From Gemmatimonadaceae bacterium (lineage in GTDB: Bacteria > Gemmatimonadota > Gemmatimonadetes > Gemmatimonadales > Gemmatimonadaceae), in the NCBI GenBank assembly GCA_051859245.1, contig JBHYGA010000004.1:544001-608000 (forward strand): a DNA stretch of 64,000 nucleotides, written 5' to 3'. The notes under the pieces were generated by a model that did no database searches, was not told the DNA's origin, and was given only the letters and a program-made list of their open reading frames with translations. A program made the translations under genes and the position numbers. Each line of letters begins with the position of its first letter. The first letter of the stretch is position 1. Below are positions 19,230 to 29,338 of the stretch, in pieces.

Positions 19230-20084
19230 CTACCTCGCGACAGTCTCCGAAACCGCCCACACGTTGCGATGATCCCGCGCATAATCCGCAAAGCGGCGCG
19301 GCGCACGACCGGTAATGCGCTCCACCGCATCTGTCGTCCGCTCGGCATATCCGAGCTTGTAAAAGTTGAGAATGAGCAGCAGGTGCTCCACGTATTCTGG
19401 TGACAGCCCCGCCTGCAGAAGCGGACCGCGCATCGCATCGGGCGGAATGTCCACGTATGTGATGGTCCGTCCGGATTCGCGCGTGAGAATCGCGGCGATC
19501 TCGTCGTGATCAATGGACTCGGCGCCCGTGAGATCGAACGCCTGATTGTCGTGCTCGCGATCATTCAGCAACGCGGCCGCAACCGCGGCAATGTCACGCG
19601 CGTCGATCAGACTTGCCTTTGCGGTGCCCGTGGGAAGCAGAATCTTGCTTTCAGCCAGAATGGCGGGCAGCCAGAACGACTGGAAGTTCTGCATGAACCA
19701 GTTCGGGCGAATGATGTTGTACGCGAGTCCTGATGCTTCGAGGTGACGTTCCGCCTGGCGCAGTGGCGCGTTGTCGTCTGCGTCGGCCCCCATGGCGGAC
19801 ATCAGCACGACCTTCTCGACGCCGGCAGCGCGTGCCGCGTCTACGATTGGGTTCAGCAGCGCGTCCTGCCTGGCGTGCCCCGGGGGCGACAACAGAAACA
19901 GGCGGTTCACGCCGGCGAGCGCCTCGTTCACGCCTTGGCCACTCTCAAGATCCAGGTGTACCTGGTCAGCTGCGGCGGGCGGACGGCTGGTGGCTTTTCG
20001 CACGCGATGTCCGAGCGCGTGAAGTAGCGGGACAAGGGCGCGTCCAACGGTTCCGTTGGCTCCAACGACAAGCGTGGTCAACAT
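19230..20084 (-). CDS. NmrA-like/atypical SDR NAD(P)H-binding protein
   Basis: LVVGANGTVG, IRPNWFMQN, IDARDIAAVA. Confidence 0.9.
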   Translation of the reverse strand: MLTTLVVGANGTVGRALVPLLHALGHRVRKATSRPPAAADQVHLDLESGQGVNEALAGVNRLFLLSPPGHARQDALLNPIVDAARAAGVEKVVLMSAMGADADDNAPLRQAERHLEASGLAYNIIRPNWFMQNFQSFWLPAILAESKILLPTGTAKASLIDARDIAAVAAALLNDREHDNQAFDLTGAESIDHDEIAAILTRESGRTITYVDIPPDAMRGPLLQAGLSPEYVEHLLLILNFYKLGYAERTTDAVERITGRAPRRFADYARDHRNVWAVSETVAR

Positions 20085-20233
20085 GCAATGCTCCGGTGAG
20101 ATGGGTGAACACAACGTCCGTTTCCATAATCACCTGAGTTGCACGGACTTTGAATCGCTATATATTCGGATTACATGTCCAAACGTACGCTTCTTGTGGT
20201 CACGATCTTCCAAACTCTGAGCTCGATCGCCTC

Positions 20234-21181
20234 ATGGACCTGCTGACCCACGTGCTTCAGGAGGCAGGCGTGGTGCGCCGGATGCTCGATCTGCGCGCCC
20301 TCGACCGTACCAGGGCGCTCCGGTTTCCGTGCGACCGGAGCATTGGCTTGCATATCGTGACCCAAGGGCCGGTCTGGCTGCACGCGCCGGGCCTGGCGTC
20401 TCCGACGGCGCTGGGAGCGGGCGACATCGCGCTGATGGCACGCGGTTGCACACACATACTCGCCACAGAGGCGGCGCTTGGTGCTGTGCCGGTGCATTCG
20501 GTGGTGGATCTGGCGGGATTGTTGGTGGCGGACAACAACAACGCGTACGTGGCGACGCGGGTGATCAGCGGCGCGTATCAACTGTGGAATACGCCGCTGC
20601 ATCCGATGTTCGCGCAGTTGCCCGCATGGTTCATTATGCGCGCCAGCGAGGTGGCCGAACAGTCACCACTGGCGTTGACATCGGGGCTGATTCGCGCCGA
20701 GTTAGAGTCACCACAACTTGGCAGTCAGGGTGTGTTGCACGGGCTGCTCGACGTGATCTTCACCTACGTGCTGCGCGCGGCGTTGCAACAGCACGCGTCG
20801 TCAGCAGGACTCGGTATTGTGCTGCGTGATCCGGCGGTGCATGCAGCGGTCACCTTGATGCACGAAGACTGCGCACAGCCCTGGACGCTCGAGCAACTGG
20901 CGTCGCGCGTTGGCGTGTCGCGGACGGTGCTGGCCGAGCGGTTTCGCGAAGCGGTTGGTGACACACCACTCCAGTATTTGCGCAACACGCGCGTGCAGCA
21001 CGCCATGCGTTTACTCGGTGAGACGTCGCACTCGATGGAGCAGATCGCGCAGTCGGTGGGCTACAGCGACGCGTTCAGTTTTTCAAAAGTCTTCAAGCGT
21101 GTGGTGGGGGTGTCGCCGCGAGATTTTCGGCGCCGAGATGCAGCGGAGCGTGCGTTGCCGTATCGGTTCAGTTCGGGCTGA
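20234..21181 (+). CDS. AraC family regulator with cupin sensor domain
   Basis: PWTLEQLA..VGVSR..LAERF, IA..VGY.DAFSFSKVFKR; divergent from the NmrA-like gene. Confidence 0.92.
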   Translation: MDLLTHVLQEAGVVRRMLDLRALDRTRALRFPCDRSIGLHIVTQGPVWLHAPGLASPTALGAGDIALMARGCTHILATEAALGAVPVHSVVDLAGLLVADNNNAYVATRVISGAYQLWNTPLHPMFAQLPAWFIMRASEVAEQSPLALTSGLIRAELESPQLGSQGVLHGLLDVIFTYVLRAALQQHASSAGLGIVLRDPAVHAAVTLMHEDCAQPWTLEQLASRVGVSRTVLAERFREAVGDTPLQYLRNTRVQHAMRLLGETSHSMEQIAQSVGYSDAFSFSKVFKRVVGVSPRDFRRRDAAERALPYRFSSG

Positions 21182-21295
21182 TCGGCGTCTCGCTTCTTGC
21201 CAGCAGTGGTGTCGGCGGCGCAGTATCAGCAGCGGAACTGCTTGAAACACGCCGCGATCCTCGCGCCGGTGATCACGACTCCCACCCAGTTCGCC

Positions 21296-22471
21296 ATGCA
21301 ACGACGCGACGCTCTTCGTGCCCTCGCCACCACGGTGCTTGGTGTGGTGGCTGCACCCGCCATCCTGCGTGGGCGTTATCAGCTCTTTGCGCACAGCACC
21401 GCGCAATACTCGGCCCGTACCGTTGCGTTGATGCGCGAGAGCACGGTGATTGATATGCTCTGTCAGTTCGCGTTCGACGACTTTCGAAAATCCAATATCC
21501 CGCTCGCCCAGCAATGGAAGCGCGACCCGTCGGCGTTCACCGCGGAACACTTTGCCACATTTCGTGAATCTGGCGTGAACATTCTCGCGCTCGGCAGCGG
21601 CGCGGGAACGTACGAGGGCATGCTGCGACACCTCGCTGAGTGGAACGGGTTTGTTGCCTCGCACAGCGACTGGTTTACGCGCATTGACGAACCACGCGAT
21701 ATTGCGCGCATTCGTGCGTCGGGCAAGATCGGTATTCTGATGTCGACGCAAACGTCGGATCACTTTCGTACGGCGGCAGACGTCGACGCATTCCACGCGC
21801 TCGGGCAGCGTGTTTCGCAGCTCACGTACAACATGCAAAGTCGAACGGGCGCGGGATTTCTGGAGAACCGCGACAGCGGGCTCACTGCGTTTGGTGCGGA
21901 GTTGATGGCGCGCATGGAGCAGGTGGGCATGGTCGTGGATCTGTCGCACTGCGGTGATCAGACCACGCTCGATGCGCTTGACTCCGCGAAAAAGCCGCCG
22001 TTGTTCACGCATGCGTCGGCGCGCGCGCTGCTCGAGAACTGTGCACGCTGCAAGACGGACGACATGCTGAAGAAGCTCGCGGCGAAGGGCGGAGTTGTTG
22101 GGGTGCCAATGATTCGCTTCATGATTCGCCCGGCACCGCCCGTGACGGTGGAACACGTGGCCGATCACGTGGAGCATCTGATCCGGCTGATTGGCGCCGA
22201 GCATGTTGGTGTGGGCAGCGACCTCGATATGGCCGGGCTTGCGAATCCGATGCGCAACGACGGTGGTGGTGTGCCGAGCAATCAGCCGAACTTTTCGCGA
22301 TACAACGCGTACTTTGCCGAAAATGGTGGCGCGCATGTGGATGGTCTGGATCATCCCAAGCGTTTGTTTGATCTGACAGAAGCGATGGTGCGCAGGCGGC
22401 ATTCAGATGAGACGATCAGGTTAGTGCTGGGCGGAAGTTTTGCGCGCGTGCTGTCGGCGGCGTGGACGTGA
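21296..22471 (+). CDS. Tat-exported M19 membrane dipeptidase family protein
   Basis: MQRRDAL twin-arginine signal; QLTYN, VDLSH, FTH, HVGVGSD. Confidence 0.88.
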   Translation: MQRRDALRALATTVLGVVAAPAILRGRYQLFAHSTAQYSARTVALMRESTVIDMLCQFAFDDFRKSNIPLAQQWKRDPSAFTAEHFATFRESGVNILALGSGAGTYEGMLRHLAEWNGFVASHSDWFTRIDEPRDIARIRASGKIGILMSTQTSDHFRTAADVDAFHALGQRVSQLTYNMQSRTGAGFLENRDSGLTAFGAELMARMEQVGMVVDLSHCGDQTTLDALDSAKKPPLFTHASARALLENCARCKTDDMLKKLAAKGGVVGVPMIRFMIRPAPPVTVEHVADHVEHLIRLIGAEHVGVGSDLDMAGLANPMRNDGGGVPSNQPNFSRYNAYFAENGGAHVDGLDHPKRLFDLTEAMVRRRHSDETIRLVLGGSFARVLSAAWT

Positions 22472-22473
22472 GC

Positions 22474-23748
22474 ATGAATGCTGCTGCGTGGTGTGCACTG
22501 TTTGCGCTCGCGATTGGGACGCCCGCGCACGCGCAGCGCGCGACAGGGCATGATGCTTCGTCTCCTGTGCTGGTGATTGATTCGGTGCGGGTAGTAGATG
22601 TTGCGGCCGCGCGTACGGGCGCCCTGCAGCGCATCGTGATTCGTGGTGACAGGATTGCCGCTGTCTCGGCGCTTGATGCACCGCTGCCTGAGAGGGTGGA
22701 TGTCTTGCTGAACGCACGAGGTTCGTACGCGATTCCCGGCCTGGTGGATCATCACGTGCATCTCGTGCCTCGACAAGCGGCGGCGCTTGAGCGTGCGGCG
22801 CGCGGTGGTGTGACGATGGTGAACAGCATGGCCGGTGACGCACGAGTGGCGGGAGAGTACGCGCGACAGGTTATCACGAAGGAGCTGGCCGCCCCTGAGA
22901 TCGTGTACGCGAGTGTGCTGGCGGGACCGGGCTTTTTCATTGACCCTCGTTTTCGCGGCGCTGGCGTTGGCTTTGCGCCAGGTACTGCGCCGTGGGCGCA
23001 AGCGATGACCGACACCACGGATCTGGTGCGCGCCGTCGCGCGAGCGCGCGGATCGGGTGCGGAGCTGCTCAAACTGTATGCGATGCTCGACAGCACACTG
23101 GCTGCGCGCATTACGGCGGAAGCGCACGTGCAGGGGATGCGTGTCGTTGCGCATGGCACCGTATTTCCAGCGCGACCACTGCAGTTGGTGCAGTCGGGTG
23201 TGGATGTGCTTACCCACGTGCCGTATCTGTCGTGGCAGGGCGCGGCGAGTCTGCAGGCCGGTGATGTGTTCAATCGTGCGGAGGGACCGTACGCCTCTGT
23301 CGCAGTAGAAGGCGCGCAGATTAAGACGCTGGTTGACGCGATGGCGAAGGCGGGTACGGTGCTGGAGCCCACGCTGTATGTATTTCTGTCGCGCGAGTCG
23401 CCACTGGGCATGCGTGCGTGGTCACTCGCCCTGACTCGTCGCGCCCACGAACGTGGCGTCCCGATTGTTGCCGGCACAGACAATTTGATTGGATCAGACA
23501 GCGCCGCGCTGCCGAACATTCACGCCGAGCTGGCGTATCTCGTGGAAGCGGGGCTTTCGCCGGCTGCAGCGCTAGCGACTGCGACCGTGGTTCCAGCGCG
23601 AGTGATGGGGCGTGCTGCAACGCACGGTGCGGTCGCGCCGGGTTTTGTCGCCGATTTGTTGTTGCTTGAGGCGGATCCGCTCGTGGACATTGCTGCGACA
23701 CGCGGCATTCGCCACGTTGTACTGCGCGGGCGGGTGCTTGCGCGGTAG
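22474..23748 (+). CDS. Secreted amidohydrolase family protein
   Basis: PGLVDHHVH, LKLY, VVAH, LTH, AGTD, ADLLLL..DPL. Confidence 0.88.
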   Translation: MNAAAWCALFALAIGTPAHAQRATGHDASSPVLVIDSVRVVDVAAARTGALQRIVIRGDRIAAVSALDAPLPERVDVLLNARGSYAIPGLVDHHVHLVPRQAAALERAARGGVTMVNSMAGDARVAGEYARQVITKELAAPEIVYASVLAGPGFFIDPRFRGAGVGFAPGTAPWAQAMTDTTDLVRAVARARGSGAELLKLYAMLDSTLAARITAEAHVQGMRVVAHGTVFPARPLQLVQSGVDVLTHVPYLSWQGAASLQAGDVFNRAEGPYASVAVEGAQIKTLVDAMAKAGTVLEPTLYVFLSRESPLGMRAWSLALTRRAHERGVPIVAGTDNLIGSDSAALPNIHAELAYLVEAGLSPAAALATATVVPARVMGRAATHGAVAPGFVADLLLLEADPLVDIAATRGIRHVVLRGRVLAR

Positions 23749-23808
23749 GCACCCGCTGCGACTTGTCGGCATGATACACACACGGCGTACATCGCGCTTC
23801 TGACACGC

Positions 23809-24204
23809 ATGTCGAACTCCCCGCTCGAACGAGTGCGAGCAATCTGTCTCGCACTACCGCACGCACACGAGGTAGAAGCGTGGGGCGAGCCAACGTTTCG
23901 CGTCAAGAACAAAATCTTCGCGATGTACGCCGCGCCGACCAATCATCACGGCGCGGGCAGACACGGTGTGTGGCTGCACTGCGCCGCAGAAAATCAGCGA
24001 CAACTTGTGGCCGGCGATCCGACGCGTTACTTCGTGCCGCCATACGTCGGAAAAAGTGGTTGGGTTGGCGTGTGGATTGATAAACGTCCGCGATGGCGGG
24101 ATGTCGAAGAGCTCGTCTGCGATGCGTATCTGCGCATCGCGCCCAAGCGTCTGTTCGCTGAGCTCAACCGTGCGGAGTTTTTGCGCAAGCGGGTGGTTCG
24201 CTAA
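23809..24204 (+). CDS. MmcQ/YjbR family DNA-binding protein
   Basis: CLALP...E...WGEPTFRV.NK.FA, YFVPPYVG..GWVGV. Confidence 0.88.
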   Translation: MSNSPLERVRAICLALPHAHEVEAWGEPTFRVKNKIFAMYAAPTNHHGAGRHGVWLHCAAENQRQLVAGDPTRYFVPPYVGKSGWVGVWIDKRPRWRDVEELVCDAYLRIAPKRLFAELNRAEFLRKRVVR

Positions 24205-24215
24205 CGTGCTCGGCG

Positions 24216-24272
24216 TTACGCCCGTCGCGCGAACCGTTTGATTTCAACTCGCGCGCCGATCGGTACACCCGC
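24216..24272 (-). repeat. Degenerate direct-repeat copy of the ridA 3' end
   Basis: 47/57 nt identical to 28131-28187 by hand alignment, with exact core GATTTCAACTCGCGCGCCGA; translates AGVPIGARVEIKRFARRA* versus AGLPLGARVEIELLARRD*. Confidence 0.85.
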
Positions 24273-24297
24273 TGCGGGATCTTCGGCGGCGTGGAGA

Positions 24298-26904
24298 TCA
24301 TCCGGGTGAGTTGCCGCGCACACTCGGATCTAGTTGTGAACGGTATCGTGCTGCCTCGGCCTGCCGACCGTGTGACTCGTAGAGCTTCACGAGCGTACGT
24401 AGTGCCTGCTGCGCGTGCCGATCATTCACGCCGCGATCGGCAGCCAACCGCTCGTACGCCGGACGCAGGATGGCTTCAGCATCTCGCGCTCGGCCAAGCG
24501 CGAGCAACGCGTCACTCAACTGTACCCGGGTGCGAATCGTCATGATGTTGTGTTCGCCAACCTGGCGTCGAAGGCGTGCCTCAGCATCACGCAGCACTTG
24601 CACCGCCTTCGTGTTTTTCCCTGCACCACGCAGTGCGTCTCCGTATGCGGAGAGGTATGCGGAAACTTGCGGATGATCAGGTCCGAAGAATCGACCCACC
24701 ATTTCCGCGCTCTCGCGCAGTATGGGTTCCGCGTCTGCGTAGCGACCACGTGATGTGTAGCTTCGGCCTTGCAGGTAGAGTGTTTCGGCGAGGTCTGGAT
24801 GTCCGTCAGGATACCGACTGCGCAGGGCGTCTTGCGCGGCGGCGTAAAGTGTGTCTGCCTCGACGAAGCGCCGCTGTTGATCGTGCACGTGTGCGAGCGC
24901 GGTTTGCGTGCTCGCAATCTTCGGATGTTGCGCGTCGTGCAATTCAAGCCAGATCGCGATGGCATCACGAAAATACCGTTCTGCGCGTGCGAGCGCCGCG
25001 CTGTCAACGTCGACGGCCGCGCCGGTGTAATCACCAAGCAGTTTGAGTTGTTGTGCGCCGCGATCGTCGCGGCGCGGCGGACGACTGTGAACGCCGCGCT
25101 CCCACTCCGCGAACGCCTGTGATGCTTCGCGATGCCGTCCCGCGGCATGCAACGCCGCGCCGAGGTCGAGTAGCGTTTCCTGCGTCTCCTGTGCCGTATC
25201 GCCGAGTCGTACGCGCAGCCGAACCAGTGCGGCGCGATAACCCTGTTCGGCTTCTGCAAATCGACCGACACGCTCGTCGAGCTTGGCAATGTTGGCGAGA
25301 CTTCGCGCGACGTCGGGGTGCGAATCTCCGAAAATCTGGCGTCGAATGGCGAGCGTGCGTTCGAGGCTTGGACGCGCTTCGTCGAACGCTCCCAAGTCCA
25401 CGCGCGCCAGGCCGATCACATCCAGCATTGCCGCTTGCGCAGCCGGTTGCCGTTCAAGTGCGTTGGCGCGCGCTTCACCGCGTTCCAGCAATGTGCGCGC
25501 GCTGATCGTATCGGACCGCGCGGAGCCAACGTCTTCGGCCCGAAACAGTCCCGAGAGAAAGTTGGTTGCTTGTTCCGCGCGGTCACGCTCGGCGGTTGCT
25601 CGTGCGCGCTCTTCGGTCGCCTGCGCAAGCGCACGCGCGATACGACGGTTCTGCACTGACAACGTGGCAACGTAGCCCGTGATGACAAGCAGGGCCGTGG
25701 CTGCAAGCGTGAGCGGCAACGCGTGTCGCCGAATCCGTCGACTCCATCGATATGCGCGGTCACCATCGCGCGCGGCCACCGCTTCACCGTTCAACGCGCG
25801 CTGCACGTCGGCGGCAAACTCCGCCACGGAGGCATAACGAGCGCCAGGCTCGTAGCGGAGCGCTTTCAGTACAACGGCGTCCAGATCGCCCGGCAGCGTG
25901 CGACGATGCACAGAAGGAGGTGCGGGATCGTCGCGATGACGCTGCGTGCTGAAGAAGTCGCGTGTGAGCGCACTCGATTCAAACGGCCGGTGTCCACTTA
26001 ACAGTTCGTACAGCACCGCGCCGAGCTGGTACACGTCCGTCGACGTTGTTACTGGCCCACCGTTGAACTGTTCCGGTGCGGCATAGTGCGGTGTGAGCCA
26101 GCGACGCTGCGTGGTGGCCGGCGCACCCGTGACGCCGGTTGAGCCAGTACCACCTGGTTCTGTTTCGAGAATCTTGGCGATGCCGAAGTCGAGCAACCGA
26201 GGGCGGCCGTCACGCCCCACCAGAATGTTTGACGGCTTGAGATCGCGATGGACGACGAGTTGTCGATGCGCCGACTGCGTCGCCTCTGCGACTTCGAGAA
26301 AGAGTCGAAGGCGTGTCGGTACGTCGAGCCCGCGCGTATCGCAGTACGTGGTGAGCGGCTCTCCCTCGACGTACTCCAGCACGAGGTACGGCCGGCCATC
26401 AGGCGCCACGCCTCCGTCAAACAATCGTGCAATATTCGGGTGCGCGAGCGAGGCGAGAATGCGCCGCTCCGCGCGAAACCGCTCAAAGTCGGACGCCGTG
26501 TCGAGACCCGCGCGCAGCACCTTGATGGCGGCGCGCTGCGCAAACTCACCGTCGGCCCGTTCACCGAGGAACACGCGTGACATGCCACCGTGACCGATCT
26601 GACGCACGACGCGCCATGCGCCGAGGCGCTCACCGATGAGGCGATCCGCTTGCTGCGCGTCTTCCGTCTCGCGAACCAGCGACGCGGCAACCTCACCTGC
26701 GTCATCAGCGAGCACTGCGTCAAGTCGACCGTACTCGGCAAGCAGCGACTCAACCTCTCGTCGCAACTCCGCATCGTCGCCGCACGCTTCAGCGACCAGC
26801 GCGGGCCATGCCGCGGGTTCGACATCGAGCGCACGGTCCAATATCGCGTCGATCTGACGCCAGCGATCGGCAGTCAGGCGAGCGACCGAGTCGTTGCGCG
26901 GCAT
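24298..26904 (-). CDS. Ser/Thr protein kinase with TM helix and TPR repeats (ECF-associated type)
   Basis: IGHGGMSRV, AIKVL, HRDLKPSN, DFG, YAAPE; FGDSHPDVA-type TPR repeats; start overlaps the ECF stop (TGATG). Confidence 0.92.
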   Translation of the reverse strand: MPRNDSVARLTADRWRQIDAILDRALDVEPAAWPALVAEACGDDAELRREVESLLAEYGRLDAVLADDAGEVAASLVRETEDAQQADRLIGERLGAWRVVRQIGHGGMSRVFLGERADGEFAQRAAIKVLRAGLDTASDFERFRAERRILASLAHPNIARLFDGGVAPDGRPYLVLEYVEGEPLTTYCDTRGLDVPTRLRLFLEVAEATQSAHRQLVVHRDLKPSNILVGRDGRPRLLDFGIAKILETEPGGTGSTGVTGAPATTQRRWLTPHYAAPEQFNGGPVTTSTDVYQLGAVLYELLSGHRPFESSALTRDFFSTQRHRDDPAPPSVHRRTLPGDLDAVVLKALRYEPGARYASVAEFAADVQRALNGEAVAARDGDRAYRWSRRIRRHALPLTLAATALLVITGYVATLSVQNRRIARALAQATEERARATAERDRAEQATNFLSGLFRAEDVGSARSDTISARTLLERGEARANALERQPAAQAAMLDVIGLARVDLGAFDEARPSLERTLAIRRQIFGDSHPDVARSLANIAKLDERVGRFAEAEQGYRAALVRLRVRLGDTAQETQETLLDLGAALHAAGRHREASQAFAEWERGVHSRPPRRDDRGAQQLKLLGDYTGAAVDVDSAALARAERYFRDAIAIWLELHDAQHPKIASTQTALAHVHDQQRRFVEADTLYAAAQDALRSRYPDGHPDLAETLYLQGRSYTSRGRYADAEPILRESAEMVGRFFGPDHPQVSAYLSAYGDALRGAGKNTKAVQVLRDAEARLRRQVGEHNIMTIRTRVQLSDALLALGRARDAEAILRPAYERLAADRGVNDRHAQQALRTLVKLYESHGRQAEAARYRSQLDPSVRGNSPG

Positions 26905-27440
26905 CACTCGTGTCCGAGCTCTCGCGCCAGAAACAGCTTCGCCTTGACCCAATCTCTCCCAACGGTGCGCGGGGTGATGCCCAGAATCTGTGCGATCTCC
27001 GCGTCATCCAATCCCGCGAAGTACCGCATCTCGACAACGCGACAGAGTCGTTCATCGAGCGCACGCAGCCGATCGAGCGCTTCATCAAGAATCAGGACTT
27101 CGTCGAGACGCTCGTCGGTGGCGGCACCACCCCCGGTGAGCGTGACGGGTCGTGCACCGCCGCCACGCTTGGATGCCTGACGATGGCGCGCGTGGTCAAC
27201 GAGCGCCTGCCGCATCGCGCGCGAGGCGGAACCGAAAAAATGTGCGCGACTTTGCCATTCGCCTTCGCCGGATGCGCCGAACTTGAGGTACGCTTCGTGT
27301 ACCAGATCGGTGGTGCTCACAGTGGCACCGGCGGCGTGAACACGCAGATGTCGACGCGCGAGCCGCTTGAGCTCAGCGTAGACCGCGCCGTCCAGCGGAG
27401 ATGCGGGAGCACTGGTCTGAAGATCCGGCTGGCTCTCCAT
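26904..27440 (-). CDS. ECF sigma factor, kinase-associated type
   Basis: VYAELKRLA, STTDLVHEAYLK, HFF..A.RAMRQ.LVDHAR, KRGG, RYFAGL..EIA..LGI..RTV.RDW. Confidence 0.92.
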   Translation of the reverse strand: MESQPDLQTSAPASPLDGAVYAELKRLARRHLRVHAAGATVSTTDLVHEAYLKFGASGEGEWQSRAHFFGSASRAMRQALVDHARHRQASKRGGGARPVTLTGGGAATDERLDEVLILDEALDRLRALDERLCRVVEMRYFAGLDDAEIAQILGITPRTVGRDWVKAKLFLARELGHE

Positions 27441-27680
27441 AGGTCTCAAGATCCGGGTTGTGCGAGGGTTCTGCAAGAGCGATCGCGACGCGTGGACTCG
27501 GGCAGCGAGGCCGTTCGACGTGATCGGGGACATACTCCGAAGTCGTACGGAATTCCGGGGTGGTCTCGGACACAGCGCGCAAATGTCTGAGGCGAACTGG
27601 GCATTTCGTATGTGGGGAGAGACCACTGCGGTCCGGGCAATTGTTACACAACGTGCCACCCTTCTTCCAATCCCAGCACT

Positions 27681-28100
27681 ATGCTCACCAGTCAGCAACG
27701 GGCCCTCGTTCGCGAGACCTGGGCGCTTGTTACCCCAATCGCGCCAACAGCGGCGGGCCTCTTCTACGACCGCTTGTTCACGCTCGACCCTTCGCTTCGC
27801 GCGTTGTTCGCGCATGCGGAGATGGATGCGCAAGGTGACAAGCTCATGCAGATGCTGGCGGTCGCGGTGGCGCACCTGGATCGACTTGATGCGTTGGCGC
27901 CCGCCGTTGAAGGGCTCGGGCGCCGGCACGCGGGCTACGGCGTACGCGATTCGCACTACATCACGGTGCGCGACGCGTTGTTATGGACGCTGGAGCAGGG
28001 GCTGGGACCGGCATTTACGCCCGAAGCACGCGCGGCCTGGGCGACAACTTATGAACTGCTCGCTGGCATCATGCGAACCGGTGGTGCGGTACCCGTCTGA
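27681..28100 (+). CDS. Single-domain globin
   Basis: FY.RLF..DP..R.LF, QGDKLM.ML, LGRRH.GYGV...HY..V..ALLWTL, AW..TY. Confidence 0.92.
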   Translation: MLTSQQRALVRETWALVTPIAPTAAGLFYDRLFTLDPSLRALFAHAEMDAQGDKLMQMLAVAVAHLDRLDALAPAVEGLGRRHAGYGVRDSHYITVRDALLWTLEQGLGPAFTPEARAAWATTYELLAGIMRTGGAVPV

Positions 28101-28130
28101 ACGGGGTCTCGATATCAGATGCGTGGCGCG

Positions 28131-28514
28131 TCAGTCGCGTCGCGCGAGCAGTTCGATTTCAACTCGCGCGCCGAGCGGCAAACCCGCCACCGCAACCGTT
28201 GTGCGCGCGGGATACGGTGCGGTAAATCGTGTGGCGTACGCCGCGTTCATTGCCGCAAAGTCGGCCATGTCAATGAGGTACACATTGCACTTCACGACAT
28301 CGTCGAGTGATAAGCCGTTGTCTTCGAGTACGGCTTGCAGGTTGTCAAACACGCGATGCGTTTGTGCGGTCACGTCGCCGGTGATCAGCGCGCCGGTGGC
28401 GGGATCAATGGGCGTTTGTCCTGAGCAGAACAGTTCAGACCCGCTCCATACAGCGTGAGAGTACGGGCCAATGGCGGCGGGTCCGCGGGCGCTTGAGGCG
28501 GCGTGGCGAGGCAT
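28131..28514 (-). CDS. ridA: RidA/YjgF family enamine/imine deaminase
   Basis: AIGPYS, SGQ, VVK..VYL.DM.DF..MN..Y, PARTTV.V..LP....VEIE. Confidence 0.93.
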   Translation of the reverse strand: MPRHAASSARGPAAIGPYSHAVWSGSELFCSGQTPIDPATGALITGDVTAQTHRVFDNLQAVLEDNGLSLDDVVKCNVYLIDMADFAAMNAAYATRFTAPYPARTTVAVAGLPLGARVEIELLARRD

Positions 28515-28694
28515 GTGTCCGGGTGTGGTGTGGTGAGGGGATCGCGATTGCCTAGTGTACGCAAATGCAGCGTAATGTGCGAGGCAGGGGAACTCGTGCA
28601 TCGTGCGCGGACTAGTCAGGGCAGTCCACCGTGTGCGTCGGCAATCGATGTGTCGTCGCAGTCACTCCCTCCGCGAATCGCAGGAGTTCTACAC

Positions 28695-29276
28695 ATGCAT
28701 CGCCTCTCGCTCACTTCATCACGCACGGCATCACGCGCGATGTCATACGCGCCGCCGCTCCGCGCGCGTGCAATCGCTGTCGCCGCACTCACCCTCTCGG
28801 CGGCATTATGGGTGATGCCAAACACCGCCAGCGCGCAGATGGAACCCAAGCCCGCGGCGACACCATCGGTGATGATGACGCAGACCATCCCGATGAATGT
28901 GAACGCGGACGGCGTGGCCATTCACGGTTATGATCCGGTGGCGTACTTCACGGCGGGTGCACCAACCAAAGGCACCAACGCGTTCACTGCGAAGTGGCAG
29001 GGCGCCACGTTCCAGTTTGCATCGGCGGCCAATCGCGATGCATTTGTGGCCAAGCCCGACGCGTACGCACCGCAGTACGGCGGCTACTGCGCGATGGGCA
29101 TGGTGGGCGGCGGCAAGTATGACATTGATCCCTCCGCGTGGCGCGTAGAAAACGGCCGCTTGTATCTGAACAAAGATCCGCGCACGCAGAAGTCGTGGCT
29201 GCGTGACGTGCCGGGCCACATTGTGAAGGCAGACGCGAAGTGGCCGACCGTGGTGGCCAAAGAACAAAAGAAGTAA
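28695..29276 (+). CDS. Secreted YHS-domain protein
   Basis: AIHGYDPVAYF, F.SAANRDAF...P..YAPQYGGYCA, GRLYLN; GGAG RBS. Confidence 0.88.
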   Translation: MHRLSLTSSRTASRAMSYAPPLRARAIAVAALTLSAALWVMPNTASAQMEPKPAATPSVMMTQTIPMNVNADGVAIHGYDPVAYFTAGAPTKGTNAFTAKWQGATFQFASAANRDAFVAKPDAYAPQYGGYCAMGMVGGGKYDIDPSAWRVENGRLYLNKDPRTQKSWLRDVPGHIVKADAKWPTVVAKEQKK

Positions 29277-29303
29277 CGTCAGGGCGACAGATTCTGGTCT
29301 TGC

Positions 29304-29332
29304 TTGACAAATGAGCAGAACCCCGTCAGGAT
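29304..29332 (+). promoter_or_regulatory. Sigma70-type promoter of the aroF leader
   Basis: TTGACA(29304)-17 bp-CAGGAT(29327); predicted +1 falls near the A of the leader ATG (29339). Confidence 0.6.
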
Positions 29333-29338
29333 TGTGCA

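Noticed and set aside
21083..22402. Long antisense ORFs (also 638..1585, 17080..18183, 49988..51205, 56357..57466)
   Set aside because: Shadow frames of well-supported genes in high-GC DNA, with no recognisable motifs
23730..23756. GC hairpin over the amidohydrolase stop codon
   Set aside because: No U-tract, so it cannot be called an intrinsic terminator
28695..29276. Selenoprotein
   Set aside because: The YGGYCA motif uses a TGC Cys codon, and there is no in-frame TGA
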